64,000 nucleotides of DNA from positions 8,122,001 to 8,186,000 of the forward strand of contig JBHGNT010000012.1 in assembly GCA_043228905.1 (NCBI GenBank). Direction: 5' to 3'. The position numbers and the translations under genes are program-made. The notes below the pieces were generated by a model. It searched no databases and was not told the DNA's origin. It was given only the letters and a program-made list of their open reading frames with translations. Every line of letters begins with the position of its first letter. The first letter of the stretch is position 1. Source of the DNA: Azolla caroliniana (Eukaryota > Plantae > Polypodiophyta). Positions 1-14,207 of the stretch are shown here, piece by piece.

Positions 1-3000
1 GTTACATTACTGAATGAAGAAAATAGATTTGACTAAAAAATATGCACGTTTTCTGTGATTTAAGGTATGCATGTTTTCTATGTCATTGTCAAGTTATAGA
101 GGCCATGGCGGTCGATGTATCAAGGAAGCATGGAGATAGAGAAACAGAGATTGGAGGCCGACGAAGCGTACAAAGAGGAATGTATGAAAACGTTGAAATG
201 TATATCAATTATGTTACATTACTGAATAAAGAAAATAGCTTTGATTAAAAAATATGCACGTTTTCTGTGATTTAAGGTATACATGTTTTCTATGTCATTG
301 TCAAGCTATAGAGGCCATGGCGGTTGATGTAGGGAGGAAGCCCGCAGAGAGAGAAACAGAGTTGGAGGCCGACGAAGCCGATAGAGAGGAAATGTATGAA
401 AACGTAGAAATGTATATCAATTATGTTACATTACTAAATGAAGAAAATGATTTGAGCAAAAAATATGCACGTTTTCTTTGATTTAAGGTATGCATGTTTT
501 CTATGTCGTTGTCAAGCTACAAAGGCCATGGCGGTGGATGTATCGAGGAAGCCCGCAAAGAGAGAAACAGAGATTGGAGGTCGGGGAAGACTACAAAGAG
601 GAAATGTATGAAAACGTTGAAATGTATATCAATTATGTTACATTACTGAATGAAGAAAATAGATTTGACTAAAAAATATGCACGTTTTCTGTGATTTAAG
701 GTATGCATGTTTTCTATGTCATTGTCAAGTTATAGAGGCCATGGCAATCGATGTATCAAGGAAGCATGGAGATAGAGAAACAGAGATTGGAGGCCGACGA
801 AGCGTACAAAGAGGAATGTATGAAAACGTTGAAATGTATATCAATTATGTTACATTACTAAATGAAGCAATTAGATTTGACTAAAAAATATGCACGTTTT
901 CTGTGATTTAAGGTATGCATGTTTTCTATGTCATTGTCAAGTTATAGAGGCCATGGCGGTCGATGTATCAAGGAAGCATGGAGATAGAGAAACAGAGATT
1001 GGAGGCCGACGAAGCGTACAAAGAGGAATGTATGAAAACGTTGAAATGTATATCAATTATGTTACATTACTGAATAAAGAAAATAGCTTTGATTAAAAAA
1101 TATGCACGTTTTCTGTGATTTAAGGTATACATGTTTTCTATGTCATTGTCAAGCTATAGAGGCCATGGCGGTTGATGTAGGGAGGAAGCCCGTAGAGAGA
1201 GAAACAGAGTTGGAGGCCGACGAAGCCGATAGAGAGGAAATGTATGAAAACGTAGAAATGTATATCAATTATGTTACATTACTAAATGAAGAAAATGATT
1301 TGAGCAAAAAATATGCACGTTTTCTTTGATTTAAGGTATGCATGTTTTCTATGTCGTTGTCAAGCTACAAAGGCCATGGCGGTGGATGTATCGAGGAAGC
1401 CCGCAAAAAGAGAAACAGAGATTGGAGGTCGGGGAAGACTACAAAGAGGAAATGTATGAAAACGTTGAAATGTATATCAATTATGTTACATTACTGAATG
1501 AAGAAAATAGATTTGACTAAAAAATATGCACGTTTTCTGTGATTTAAGGTATGCATGTTTTCTATGTCATTGTCAAGTTATAGAGGCCATGGCGGTCGAC
1601 GTATCAAGGAAGCATGGAGATAGAGAAACAGAGATTGGAGGCCGACGAAGCGTACAAAGAGGAATGTATGAAAACGTTGAAATGTATATCAATTATGTTA
1701 CATTACTGAATAAAGAAAATAGCTTTGATTAAAAAATATGCACATTTTCTGTGATTTAAGGTATACATGTTTTATATGTCATTGTCAAGCTATAGAGGCC
1801 ATGGCGGTTGATGTAGGGAGGAAGCCCGCAGAGAGAGAAACAGAGTTGGAGGCCGACGAAGCCGATAGAGAGGAAATGTATGAAAACGTAGAAATGTATA
1901 TCAATTATGTTACATTACTAAATGAAGAAAATGATTTGAGCGAAAAATATACACGTTTTCTTTGATTTAAGGTATGGATGTTTTCTATGTCGTTGTCAAG
2001 CTACAGAGGCCATGGCGGTGGATGTATCGAGGAAGCCCGCAAAGAGAGAAACAGAGATTGGAGGTCGGGGAAGACTACAAAGAGGAAATGTATGAAAACG
2101 TTGAAATGTATATCAATTATGTTACATTACTAAATGAAGAAAATCGATTTGAGCAAAAAATATGCACGTTTTCTTTGATTTAAGGTATGCATGTTTTCTA
2201 TGTCATTGTCAAGCTAGAGACGCCATGGCGATGGATGTATGGAGGAAGCCTGTAGAGAGAGAAACAAAGATTGGAGGCCGAGGAAGCCTACAGAGAGGAA
2301 ATGTATGAAAACGTTGAAATGTATATCAATGATGTTACATTACTAAATGAAGAAAATAGATTTGACTAAAAAATATGCACGTTTTCTGTGATTTAAGGTA
2401 TGCATGTTTTCTATGTCATTGTCAAGTTATAGAGGCCATGGCGGTCGATGTATCAAGGAAGCATGGAGATAGAGAAACAGAGATTGGAGGCCGACGAAGC
2501 GTACAAAGAGGAATGTATGAAAACGTTGAAATGTATATCAATTATGTTACATTACTGAATAAAGAAAATAGCTTTGATTAAAAAATATGCACGTTTTCTG
2601 TGATTTAAGGTATACATGTTTTCTATGTCATTGTCAAGCTATAGAGGCCATGGCGGTTGATGTAGGGAGGAAGCCCGCAGAGAGAGAAACAGAGTTGGAG
2701 GCCGACGAAGCCGATAGAGAGGAAATGTATGAAAACGTAGAAATGTATATCAATTATGTTACATTACTAAATGAAGAAAATGATTTGCGCAAAAAATATG
2801 CACTTTTTCTTTGATTTAAGGTATGCATGTTTTCTATGTCGTTGTCAAGCTACAAAGGCCATGGCGGTGGATGTATCGAGGAAGCCCGCAAAGAGAGAAA
2901 CAGAGATTGGAGGTCGGGGAAGACTACAAAGAGGAAATGTATGAAAACGTTGAAATGTATATCAATTTTGTTACATTACTGAATGAAGAAAATAGATTTG

Positions 3001-6000
3001 ACTAAAAAATATGCACGTTTTCTGTGATTTAAGGTATGCATGTTTTCTATGTCATTGTCAAGTTATAGAGGCCATGGCGGTCGATGTATCAAGGAAGCAT
3101 GGAGATAGAGAAACAGAGATTGGAGGCCGACGAAGCGTACAAAGAGGAATGTATGAAAACGTTGAAATGTATATCAATTATGTTACATTACTGAATAAAG
3201 AAAATAGCTTTGATTAAAAAATATGCACATTTTCTGTGATTTAAGGTATACATGTTTTATATGTCATTGTCAAGCTATAGAGGCCATGGCGGTTGATGTA
3301 GCGAGGAAGCCCGCAGAGAGAGAAACAGAGTTGGAGGCCGACGAAGCCGATAGAGAGGAAATGTATGAAAACGTAGAAATGTATATCAATTATGTTACAT
3401 TACTAAATGAAGAAAATGATTTGAGCAAAAAATATACACGTTTTCTTTGATTTAAGGTATGGATGTTTTCTATGTCGTTGTCAAGCTACAGAGGCCATGG
3501 CGGTGGATGTATCGAGGAAGCCCGCAAAGAGAGAAACAGAGATTGGAGGTCGGGGAAGACTACAAAGAGGAAATGTATGAAAACGTTGAAATGTATATCA
3601 ATGATGTTACATTACTAAATGAAGAAAATCGATTTGACTAAAAAATATGCACGTTTTCTATGATTTAAGGTATGCATGTTTTCTATGTCATTGTCAAGTT
3701 ATAGAGGCCATGGCGGTCGATGTATCAAGGAAGCATGGAGATAGAGAAACAGAGATTGGAGGCCGACGAAGCGTACAAAGAGGAATGTATGAAAACGTTG
3801 AAATGTATATCAATTATGTTACATTACTGAATAAAGAAAATAGCTTTGATTAAAAAATATGCACATTTTCTGTGATTTAAGGTATACATGTTTTATATGT
3901 CATTGTCAAGCTATAGAGGCCATGGCGGTTGATGTATGGAGGAAGCCCGTAGAGAGAGAAACAGAGTTGGAGGCCGACGAAGCCGATAGAGAGGAAATGT
4001 ATGAAAACGTAGAAATGTATATCAATTATGTTACATTACTAAATGAAGAAAATGATTTGAGCAAAAAATATACACGTTTTCTTTGATTTAAGGTATGGAT
4101 GTTTTCTATGTCGTTGTCAAACTACAGAGGCCATGGCGGTGGATGTATCGAGGAAGCCCGCAAAGAGAGAAACAGAGATTGGAGGTCGGGGAAGACTACA
4201 AAGAGGAAATGTATGAAAACGTTGAAATGTATATCAATTATGTTACATTACTGAATGAAGAAAATCGATTTGAGCAAAAAATATGCACGTTTTCTTTGAT
4301 TTAAGGTATGCATGTTTTCTATGTCATTGTCAAGCTAGAGAGGCCATGGCGATGGATGTATGGAGGAAGCCCGTAGAGAGAGAAACAAAGATTGGAGGCC
4401 GAGGAAGCCTACAGAGAGGAAATGTATGAAAACGTTGAAATGTATATCAATGATGTTACATTACTGAATGAAGAAAATAGATTTGACTAAAAAATATGCA
4501 CGTTTTCTGTGATTTAAGGTATGCATGTTTTCTATGTCATTGTCAAGTTATAGAGGCCATGGCGGTCGATGTATCAAGGAAGCATGGAGATAGAGAAACA
4601 GAGATTGGAGGCCGACGAAGCGTACAAAGAGGAATGTATGAAAACGTTGAAATGTATATCAATTATGTTACATTACTGAATAAAGAAAATAGCTTTGATT
4701 AAAAAATATGCACGTTTTCTGTGATTTAAGGTATACATGTTTTCTATGTCATTGTCAAGCTATAGAGGCCATGGCAGTTGATGTAGGGAGGAAGCCCGCA
4801 GAGAGAGAAACAGAGTTGGAGGCCGACGAAGCCGATAGAGAGGAAATGTATGAAAACGTAGAAATGTATATCAATTATGTTACATTACTAAATGAAGAAA
4901 ATGATTTGAGCAAAAAATATACACGTTTTCTTTGATTTAAGGTATGGATGTTTTCTATGTCGTTGTCAAGCTACAGAGGCCATGGCGGTGGATGTATCGA
5001 GGAAGCCCGCAAAGAGAGAAACAGAGATTGGAGGTCGGGGAAGACTACAAAGAGGAAATGTATGAAAACGTTGAAATGTATATCAATTATGTTACATTAC
5101 TAAATGAAGAAAATCGATTTAAGCAAAAAATATGCACGTTTTCTTTGATTTAAGGTATGCATGTTTTCTATGTCATTGTCAAGCTAGAGACGCCATGGCG
5201 ATGGATGTATGGAGGAAGCCCGTAGAGAGAGAAACAAAGATTGGAGGCCGAGGAAGCCTACAGAGAGGAAATGTATGAAAACGTTGAAATGTATATCAAT
5301 GATGTTACATTACTAAATGAAGAAAATAGATTTGACTAAAAAATATGCACGTTTTCTGTGATTTAAGGTATGCATGTTTTCTATGTCATTGTCAAGTTAT
5401 AGAGGCCATGGCGGTCGATGTATCAAGGAAGCATGGAGATAGAGAAACAGAGATTGGAGGCCGACGAAGCGTACAAAGAGGAATGTATGAAAACGTTGAA
5501 ATGTATATCAATTATGTTACATTACTGAATAAAGAAAATAGCTTTGATTAAAAAATATGCACGTTTTCTGTGATTTAAGGTATACATGTTTTCTATGTCA
5601 TTGTCAAGCTATAGAGGCCATGGCGGTTGATGTAGGGAGGAAGCCCGCAGAGAGAGAAACAGAGTTGGAGGCCGACGAAGCCGATAGAGAGGAAATGTAT
5701 GAAAACGTAGAAATGTATATCAATTATGTTACATTACTAAATGAAGAAAATGATTTGCGCAAAAAATATGCACGTTTTCTTTGATTTAAGGTATGCATGT
5801 TTTCTATGTCGTTGTCAAGCTACAAAGGCCATGGCGGTGGATGTATCGAGGAAGCCCGCAAAGAGAGAAACAGAGATTGGAGGTCGGGGAAGACTACAAA
5901 GAGGAAATGTATGAAAACGTTGAAATGTATATCAATTTTGTTACATTACTGAATGAAGAAAATAGATTTGACTAAAAAATATGCACGTTTTCTGTGATTT

Positions 6001-8460
6001 AAGGTATGCATGTTTTCTATGTCATTGTCAAGTTATAGAGGCCATGGCGGTCGATGTATCAAGGAAGCATGGAGATAGAGAAACAGAGATTGGAGGCCGA
6101 CGAAGCGTACAAAGAGGAATGTATGAAAACGTTGAAATGTATATCAATTATGTTACATTACTGAATAAAGAAAATAGCTTTGATTAAAAAATATGCACGT
6201 TTTCTGTGATTTAAGGTATACATGTTTTATATGTCATTGTCAAGCTATAGAGGCCATGGCGGTTGATGTAGGGAGGAAGCCCGCAGAGAGAGAAACAGAG
6301 TTGGAGGCCGACGAAGCCGATAGAGAGGAAATGTATGAAAACGTAGAAATGTATATCAATTATGTTACATTACTAAATGAAGAAAATGATTTGAGCAAAA
6401 AATATGCACGTTTTCTTTGATTTAAGGTATGGATGTTTTCTATGTCGTTGTCAAACTACAGAGGCCATGGCGGTGGATGTATCGAGGAAGCCCGCAAAGA
6501 GAGAAACAGAGATTGGAGGTCGGGGAAGACTACAAAGAGGAAATGTATGAAAACGTTGAAATGTATATCAATTTTGTTACATTACTGAATGAAGAAAATC
6601 GATTTGACTAAAAAATATGCACGTTTTCTTTGATTTAAGGTATGCATGTTTTCTATGTCATTGTCAAGCTAGAGAGGCCATGGCGATGGATGTATGGAGG
6701 AAGCCCGTAGAGAGAGAAACAAAGATTGGAGGCCGAGGAAGCCTACAGAGAGGAAATGTATGAAAACGTTGAAATGTATATCAATGATGTTACATTACTG
6801 AATGAAGAAAATAGATTTGACTAAAAAATATGCACGTTTTCTGTGATTTAAGGTATGCATGTTTTCTATGTCATTGTCAAGTTATAGAGGCCATGGCGGT
6901 CGATGTATCAAGGAAGCATGGAGATAGAGAAACAGAGATTGGAGGCCGACGAAGCGTACAAAGAGGAATGTATGAAAACGTTGAAATGTATATCAATTAT
7001 GTTACATTACTGAATAAAGAAAATAGCTTTGATTAAAAAATATGCACGTTTTCTGTGATTTAAGGTATACATGTTTTCTATGTCATTGTCAAGCTATAGA
7101 GGCCATGGCGGTTGATGTAGGGAGGAAGCCCGCAGAGAGAGAAACAGAGTTGGAGGCCGACGAAGCCGATAGAGAGGAAATGTATGAAAACGTAGAAATG
7201 TATATCAATTATGTTACATTACTAAATGAAGAAAATGATTTGAGCAAAAAATATGCACGTTTTCTTTGATTTAAGGTATGCATGTTTTCTATGTCGTTGT
7301 CAAGCTACAAAGGCCATGGCGGTGGATGTATCGAGGAAGCCCGCAAAGAGAGAAACAGAGATTGGAGGTCGGGGAAGACTACAAAGAGGAAATGTATGAA
7401 AACGTTGAAATGTATATCAATTATGTTACATTACTAAATGAAGAAAATCGATTTGAGCAAAAAATATGCACGTTTTCTTTGATTTAAGGTATGCATGTTT
7501 TCTATGTCATTGTCAAGCTAGAGAGGCCATGGCGATGGATGTATGGAGGAAGCCCGTAGAGAGAGAAACAAAGATTGGAGGCCGAGGAAGCCTACACAGA
7601 GGAAATGTATGAAAACGTTGAAATGTATATCAATGATGTTACATTACTGAATGAAGAAAATAGATTTGACTAAAAAATATGCACGTTTTCTGTGATTTAA
7701 GGTATGCATGTTTTCTATGTCATTGTCAGGTTATAGAGGCCATGGCGGTCGATGTATCAAGCAAGCATGGAGATAGAGAAACAGAGATTGGAGGCCGACG
7801 AAGCGTACAAAGGAATGTATGAAAACGTTGAAATGTATATCAATTATGTTACATTACTGAATAAAGAAAATAGCTTTGATTAAAAAATATGCACGTTTTC
7901 TGTGATATAAGGTATACATGTTTTATATGTCATTGTCAAGCTATAGAGGCCATGGCGGTTGATGTAGCGAGGAAGCCCGCAGAGAGAGAAACAGAGTTGG
8001 AGGCCGACGAAGCCGATAGAGAGGAAATGTATGAAAACGTAGAAATGTATATCAATTATGTTACATTACTAAATGAAGAAAATGATTTGAGCAAAAAATA
8101 TGCACGTTTTCTTTGATTTAAGGTATGCATGTTTTCTATGTCGTTGTCAAGCTACAGAGGCCATGGCGGTGGATGTATCGAGGAAGCCCGCAAAGAGAGA
8201 AACAGAGATTGGATGTCGGGGAAGACTACAAAGAGGAAATGTATGAAAACGTTGAAATGTATATCAATTATGTTACATTACTAAATGAAGAAAATCGATT
8301 TGAGCAAAAAATATGCACGTTTTCTTTTATTTAAGGTATGCATGTTTTCTATGTCATTGTCAAGCTAGAGAGGCCATGGCGATGGATGTATGTAGGAAGC
8401 CCGTAGAGAGAGAAACAGAGATTGGAGGTCGAGGAAGCCTACAGAGAGGAAATGTATGAA
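1..8460. repeat. Tandem satellite, ~212-bp monomer, homogenised higher-order-repeat zone (monomers A 212, B 211, C 213, D 213 bp; ABC = 636 bp, ABCD = 849 bp); continues off the left edge
   Basis: The motif AAAAATATGCACGTTTT recurs every 211-213 bp (ATG at 42, 254, 465, 678, 890 ...). Diagnostic variants: A GCATGGAGAT, B GTAGGGAGG/GAGTTGG, C GTCGTTGTC/GGTCGGGGAAGAC, D GCTAGAGA/GCGATGGATGTATGG. About 40 monomers. Confidence 0.97.
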
Positions 8461-8461
8461 T

Positions 8462-8743
8462 TGTGAGTTCTAGACCGTGAGGTCAATACATGGAGTGTGA
8501 ACGGTATACAATCGGTGGGTGAATGTGGGATTAAGAGTGAGAATTATAGAGAGAGAGAGAGAGAGAGAGATATGTACAAAGTTTAGAGAGAGAGAAATAG
8601 ACTAAAAACTAATTCATATTAACAAACTTAGAAAGTTATACAAAGAAATGGTTAATGTGGCAAACTAGTTTTGCTCCTAAGGAGCTCATTAGTGCACATG
8701 ACCATTTAGAATTGGAGGGGTTTATATAGGGAAGATAAGGGAT

Positions 8744-8790
<47 letters not shown>

Positions 8791-9146
8791 CAAATTTGAT
8801 GATGTAGGAGATATGGGGTTTGATATATTTGGTGTGGCATAGAAGATTTTTTGGGGTTATTTGAAAAACATGTAGGGGAGTGTGACAGAGAAAGAGAGAG
8901 GAAGAGTAAGAGAGAAGTGTGTGAGGTGGAAGTTAGGGATGGTGAAGTAGGTTAGAATGTATGGAGATCTTTGAGAAAAGGAGCGGGTTAGGAAGAATTG
9001 GAGGGTATATTGGAAATTAAAGTGGAGGAGGAAAGGGTAGAGTGAGATTAAGAAGAATGAAAGGGGGAGGGGTACGAGAAATTTACTAAAAGAGGGAGGG
9101 GTATGAATGTAATTCTAGAAAAAAGGAAGCGGGAAAGGGGAAAGCA
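8462..9146 (-). mobile_element. LTR-like remnant interrupting the satellite
   Basis: Non-satellite block starting TGTGAG (CTCACA end on the minus strand). On the minus strand a TATA box (CCCTATATAAACCC, ~8718-8731) is followed by (TC)n. Contains (TG)n at ~8746-8784. No matching TSD, and the satellite resumes out of phase. Confidence 0.55.
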
Positions 9147-9147
9147 A

Positions 9148-12100
9148 AAGAGGCCATGGCGGTGGATGTATCGAGGAAGCCCGCAAGGACAGAGAAACAG
9201 AGATTCGAGGCCAAGGAAGCCTACAGAGAGGAAATGTATGAAAACGGTGAATTGTATATCAACTATGTTACATTACTAAATGAAGAAAATGATTTGGCAA
9301 AAAATATGCACGTTTTCTTTGATTTAAGGTATGCATGTTTTCTATGTCATTGTCAACCTAAAGAGGCCATGGCGATGGATGTATGGAGGAAGCCCGTAGA
9401 GAGAGAAACAGAGATTGGAGGCCAAGGAAGCGTACAGAGACGAAATATATGAAAACATTGAAATGTATATCAATTATGTTACATTACTAAATGAAGAAAA
9501 TAGATTTGAGCAAAAAATATGCACGTTTTCTGTGATTTAAGGTATGCATGTTTTCTATGTCATTGTCAAGCTACAGAGGCCATGGCGGTGGATGTATCGA
9601 GAAAGCCCGCAGAGAGAGAAACAGAGATTGGAGGAAGCCTACAAAGAGGAAATGTATGAAAACGTTGAAATGTATATCAACTATATTACATTACTGAATG
9701 AAGAAAATAGATTTGAGCAAAAAATATGCACGTTTTCTTTGATGTAAGGTATGCATGTTTTCTATGTCATTGTCAAGATACAGAGGCCATGGCGGTGGAT
9801 GTATTGAGGAAGCCCGCAAAGAGAGAAACAGAGATTGGAGGCCGAGGAAGCCGATAGAGAGGAAATGTATGAAAACGTTGAAATGTATATGAATTAAGTT
9901 ACATTACTGAATGAAGAAAATAGATTTGAGCAAAAAGTATGCACGTTTTCTTTGATTTAAGGTATGCATGTTTTCTATGTCATTGTCAAGCTACAAATGC
10001 CATGGCGATGGATGTATCGAGGAAGCCCGCAGTGAGAGAAACAGAGATTGGAGGCCGAGGAAGCCTACAAAGAGGAAATGGATGAAAACGTTGAAATGTA
10101 TATCAATTATGTTACATTATCGATTGATCAAAATAGATTTGAGCAAAAATTATGAACGTTTTTTGTGATTTAAGGTATGCATGTTTTCTATGTCATTGTC
10201 AAGCTACAGAGTCCATGGCTGTGGATGTATCGAGGAAGCCAGTAGAGAGAGAAACAGAGATTGGAGGCCGAGGAAGCCGATAGAGAGGAAATGTATGAAA
10301 ACATTGAAATGTATATGAATTAAGTTACATTACTGAATGAAGAAAATAGATTTGAGCAAAAAATATGCACGTTTTCTTTGATTTAAGGTATGCATGTTTT
10401 CTATGTCATTGTCAAGCTACAGATGCCATGGCGATGGATGTATCGAGGAAGCTAGCAGAGAGAGAAACAGAGATTGGAGGCCGAGGAAGCCTACAAAGAG
10501 GAAATGGATGAAAACATTGAAATGTATATCAATTATGTTACATTATCGAATGATGGAAATAGATTTGAGCAAAAATTATGCACGTTTTTTGTGATTTAAG
10601 GTATGCATGTTTTCTATGTCATTGTTAAGCTACGGAGGCAATGGCGGTGGATGTATCGAGGAAGCCAGCACAGAGAGAAATAGAGATTGGAGGCCGAGGA
10701 AGTCGATAACGAGGAAATGTATGAAAACGTTGAAATTTTATATCAATTATGTTCCATTACTGAATGAAGAAATTATATTTGAGCAAAAAATATGCACGTT
10801 TTCTTTGATTTAAGGTATGCATGTTTTCTATGTCATTGTCAAGCTACAGAGGCCATGGTGGTGGATGTATCGAGGAAGCCCGCGGAGAGAGAAACAGAGA
10901 TTGGAGGCCGAGGAAGCCGATAGAGAGGAAATATATGAAAACGTTGGAATGTATATCAATTATGTTACATTATTGTATGAATAAAATAGATTTGAGCAAA
11001 AAATATGAACGTTTTCTTTTATTTAAGGTATACATGTTTTCTATGTCATTGTCAAGCTACACAGGCCATGGCGGTGGATGTATCGAGGAAGCCCGCAGAA
11101 AGAGAAACAGAGATTGGAGGTCAAGGAAGCCTACAGAGAGGAAATGTATGAAAACGTTGAAATGTATATCAATTATGTTACATTACTGAATGAAGAAAAT
11201 AGGTTTGAGCAAAAAATATGCACGTTTTCTTTGATTTAAGGTATGCATATTTAATATGTCATTGTCAAGATACAGAGTCAATGGCGGTGGATGTATCGAG
11301 GAATCCCGCAGAGAGAGAAACAGAGATTGGAGGCCGAGGAAGCCGATAGAGAGGAAATGTATGAAAACGTTGAAATGTATATCAATTAAGTTACATTACT
11401 GAATGAAGAAAATAGATTTGAGCAAAAAATATGCACGTTTTCTTTGATTTAAGGTATGCATGTTTTCTATGTCATTGTCAAGCTAGAGAGGCCATGGCGA
11501 TGGATGTATCGAGGAAGCCCGCAAAGAGAGAAACAGAGATTGGAGGCCGAGGAAGCCGATAGAGAGGAAATGTATGAAAACATTGAAATGTATATGAATT
11601 AAGTTACATTACTGAATGAAGAAAATAGATTTGAGCAAAAAATATGCACGTTTTTTGTGATTTAAGGCATGCATGTTTTCTATGTCATTGTCAAGCTACA
11701 GAGGCCATGGCGGTGGATGTATCGAGGAAGCCAGCAGAGAGAGACACAGAGATTGGAGGTCGAGGAAGCCTACAGAGAAGAAATGTATGAAAACGTTGAA
11801 ATGTATATCAATTATGTTACATTACTGAATGAAGAATATAGATTTGAGCAAAAAATATGCACGTTTTCTTTGATTTAAGGTATGCATGTTTTCTATGTCA
11901 TTGTCAAGATACAGAGGCCATGGCGGTGGATGTATCGAGGAAGCCTGCAGAGAGAGAAACAAAGATTGGAGGCCGAGGAAGCCTATAAAGAGGAAATGGA
12001 TGAAAACGTTGAAATGTATATCAATTATGTTACATTATTGAATGATGAAAATAGATTTGAGCAAAAATTATGCACGTTTTTTGTGATTTAAGGTATGCAT

Positions 12101-12765
12101 GTTTTCTATGTCATTGTCAAGCTATAGAGGCCATGGCAGTGGATGTATCGAGGAAGCTAGCAGAGAGAGAAACAGATATTGGAGGCCGAGGAAGTCGATA
12201 GAGAGGAAATGTATGAAAACGTTGAAATTTTATATCAATTATGTTACATTACTGAATGAAGAAATTAGATTTGAGCAAAAAATATGCACGTTTTCTTTGA
12301 TTTATGGTATGCATGTTTTCTATGTCATTGTCAAGCTACAGAGGCCATGGCGGTGGATGTATCGAGGAAGCCAGCAGAGAGAGAAACAGAGATTGGAGGC
12401 CGAGGAAGCTGATAGAGAGGAAATATATGAAAACGTTGAAATGTATATCAATTATGTTACATTATTGAATGAAGAAAATAGATTTGAGCAAAAAATATGC
12501 ACGTTTTCTTTGATTTAAGGTATGCATGTTTTCTATGTCATTGTCAAGCTATAGAGGCCATGGCGGTGGATGTATCGAGGAAGCCCGTAGAGAGAGAAAC
12601 AGAGATTGGAGGTCGAGGAAGCCTACAGAGAGGAAATGTATGAAAACGTTGAAATGTATATCAATTATGTTACATTACTGAATGAAGAAAATAGGTTTGA
12701 GGAAAAAATATGCACGTTTTCTTTGATTTAAGGTATGCATGTTTTTTATGTCATTGTCAAGCTAC
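9148..12765. repeat. Same satellite, diverged outer zone (~17 monomers of ~213 bp) ending at the array boundary
   Basis: Same monomer consensus but many private substitutions and no ABC(D) order; similarity stops after TCATTGTCAAGCTAC at ~12765. Confidence 0.95.
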
Positions 12766-13688
12766 TTTTTGAGTGTATAAAGTCTTTGGAAAATGCCATG
12801 AACAAAATAAGACGTTAATGACAAAATGTTTAGCTCATGTGAACAAATGGTGACTTTTCAGCTACAATAAAGATTGAATGATGATTTTTGGAAGCATTCA
12901 ATTATCTTTCTTTTCTTGGGTCCACGTCCATTTTCATGAAATGTTCTTCTTCTCAATATTATTGTGTTGCCCAACTACAATGTTAAATTTCGTTGTAGAA
13001 CCCAACCTTGTCACAACAACAATGAACTAGCCTTTGTTTTGCTCTATTTTCATTGAAAATAGAACCTTTCATTCATCATGTTTATCTAGTTTTTATTGAT
13101 TCCTTCATATGTAGTGAACATTCTTTTCGTTGTTATAATTGTCACGTCAACTAGATTTAGACAAGTCGTCGTTTTCTTAGACATGTTATTTTTACCCTCC
13201 ATCCACATGCATCTCAATCCAAAGTTCCATGTCTCATATCATGAACTACATGCTTCTAGCTCCAATGTGAATCGGGTTGTTTGATCCCCCACCTCCAAGT
13301 GAACCTGTTGATGTCCTAGAACTCAAGTTGAAGTTTTGATTGTTTTGCATTCCAGGGTTGTGAATAACAACCTATATATTATAGGTGCCTCATGCATTGG
13401 TTATTGTATACCCCCAATTGTCAAACCTAGACTTGGGGGAGCTTACGGAAAATCACGCGAATGCGCTAGAGGTAGTACATACTTGAATTTTATCATAGAT
13501 ATCCTAATAAGTCAACTTCCAATCTACGCATTACATACAACTCACATATAGTTGTCCTCAAAGGAGGGGTTGTGAGAACTATAGACTCACTATGTAGTTT
13601 TCCAAAGGGGTGGGTAAGTGCTACCAATAGTTGACATGTAAAGCGCATGCTGCTCATGGATTTAATGCTTAAGGAGACAACAAATTAA

Positions 13689-13832
13689 TCACGTACAATA
13701 CATATGCACACATATATATATGTATATATATACACACGTTACAAGTTAATCCGGCCATCATGCAGATTAGTCACGTACAATACATATGCATATATATATA
13801 TATATATACACACACATTACAAGTTAATCCGG
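13689..13832. repeat. Short imperfect direct duplication (~65-80 bp) containing (TA)n/(CA)n
   Basis: TCACGTACAATACATATGCA...TATATA...TTACAAGTTAATCCGG occurs twice, at ~13689 and ~13771. Confidence 0.75.
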
Positions 13833-14075
13833 ATCATGGAGATAAGATTGTGTGGTAGGGCGAGTATTGGTCACCAATCAATTCCTGATCAAAGGCAATT
13901 CATCTTTAATTGATGGCTTCATTTCAAAAGTCCAGATATTCTTTTCGTAAATTATTGTGCTCCACGAAGGGTTCCCGGATCTTGGATATGATAACATCCT
14001 TTTTCATCCTCGTTCCTTAAAGTAGACACGTTTTTTGTACCTCTATATGTAATCACGTCTTTTTATCGTCACCAC

Positions 14076-14077
<2 letters not shown>

Positions 14078-14110
<33 letters not shown>

Positions 14111-14142
14111 CTCTGTCAATTATTGTTGTCTGCGTTATAAAT
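14078..14142 (+). promoter_or_regulatory. Putative core promoter of the P450 gene: (CT)n tract and TATA box
   Basis: (CT)n at ~14078-14106; TATAAAT at 14136-14142, ~70 bp upstream of the ATG at 14208. Confidence 0.55.
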
Positions 14143-14207
14143 GTGCAAGCAGTGGCACCCCCTTCCTTCACAACCCCAACAAGCATTAGTGTGAGGGGGC
14201 GGGAATA

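Noticed and set aside
42-12518. Dozens of similar 60-139 aa ORFs resembling a tandem small-peptide gene family
   Set aside because: They are translations of the satellite monomer. Reading frames shift between monomer types because lengths of 211 and 212 are not multiples of 3, stops are scattered, and there is no gene structure.
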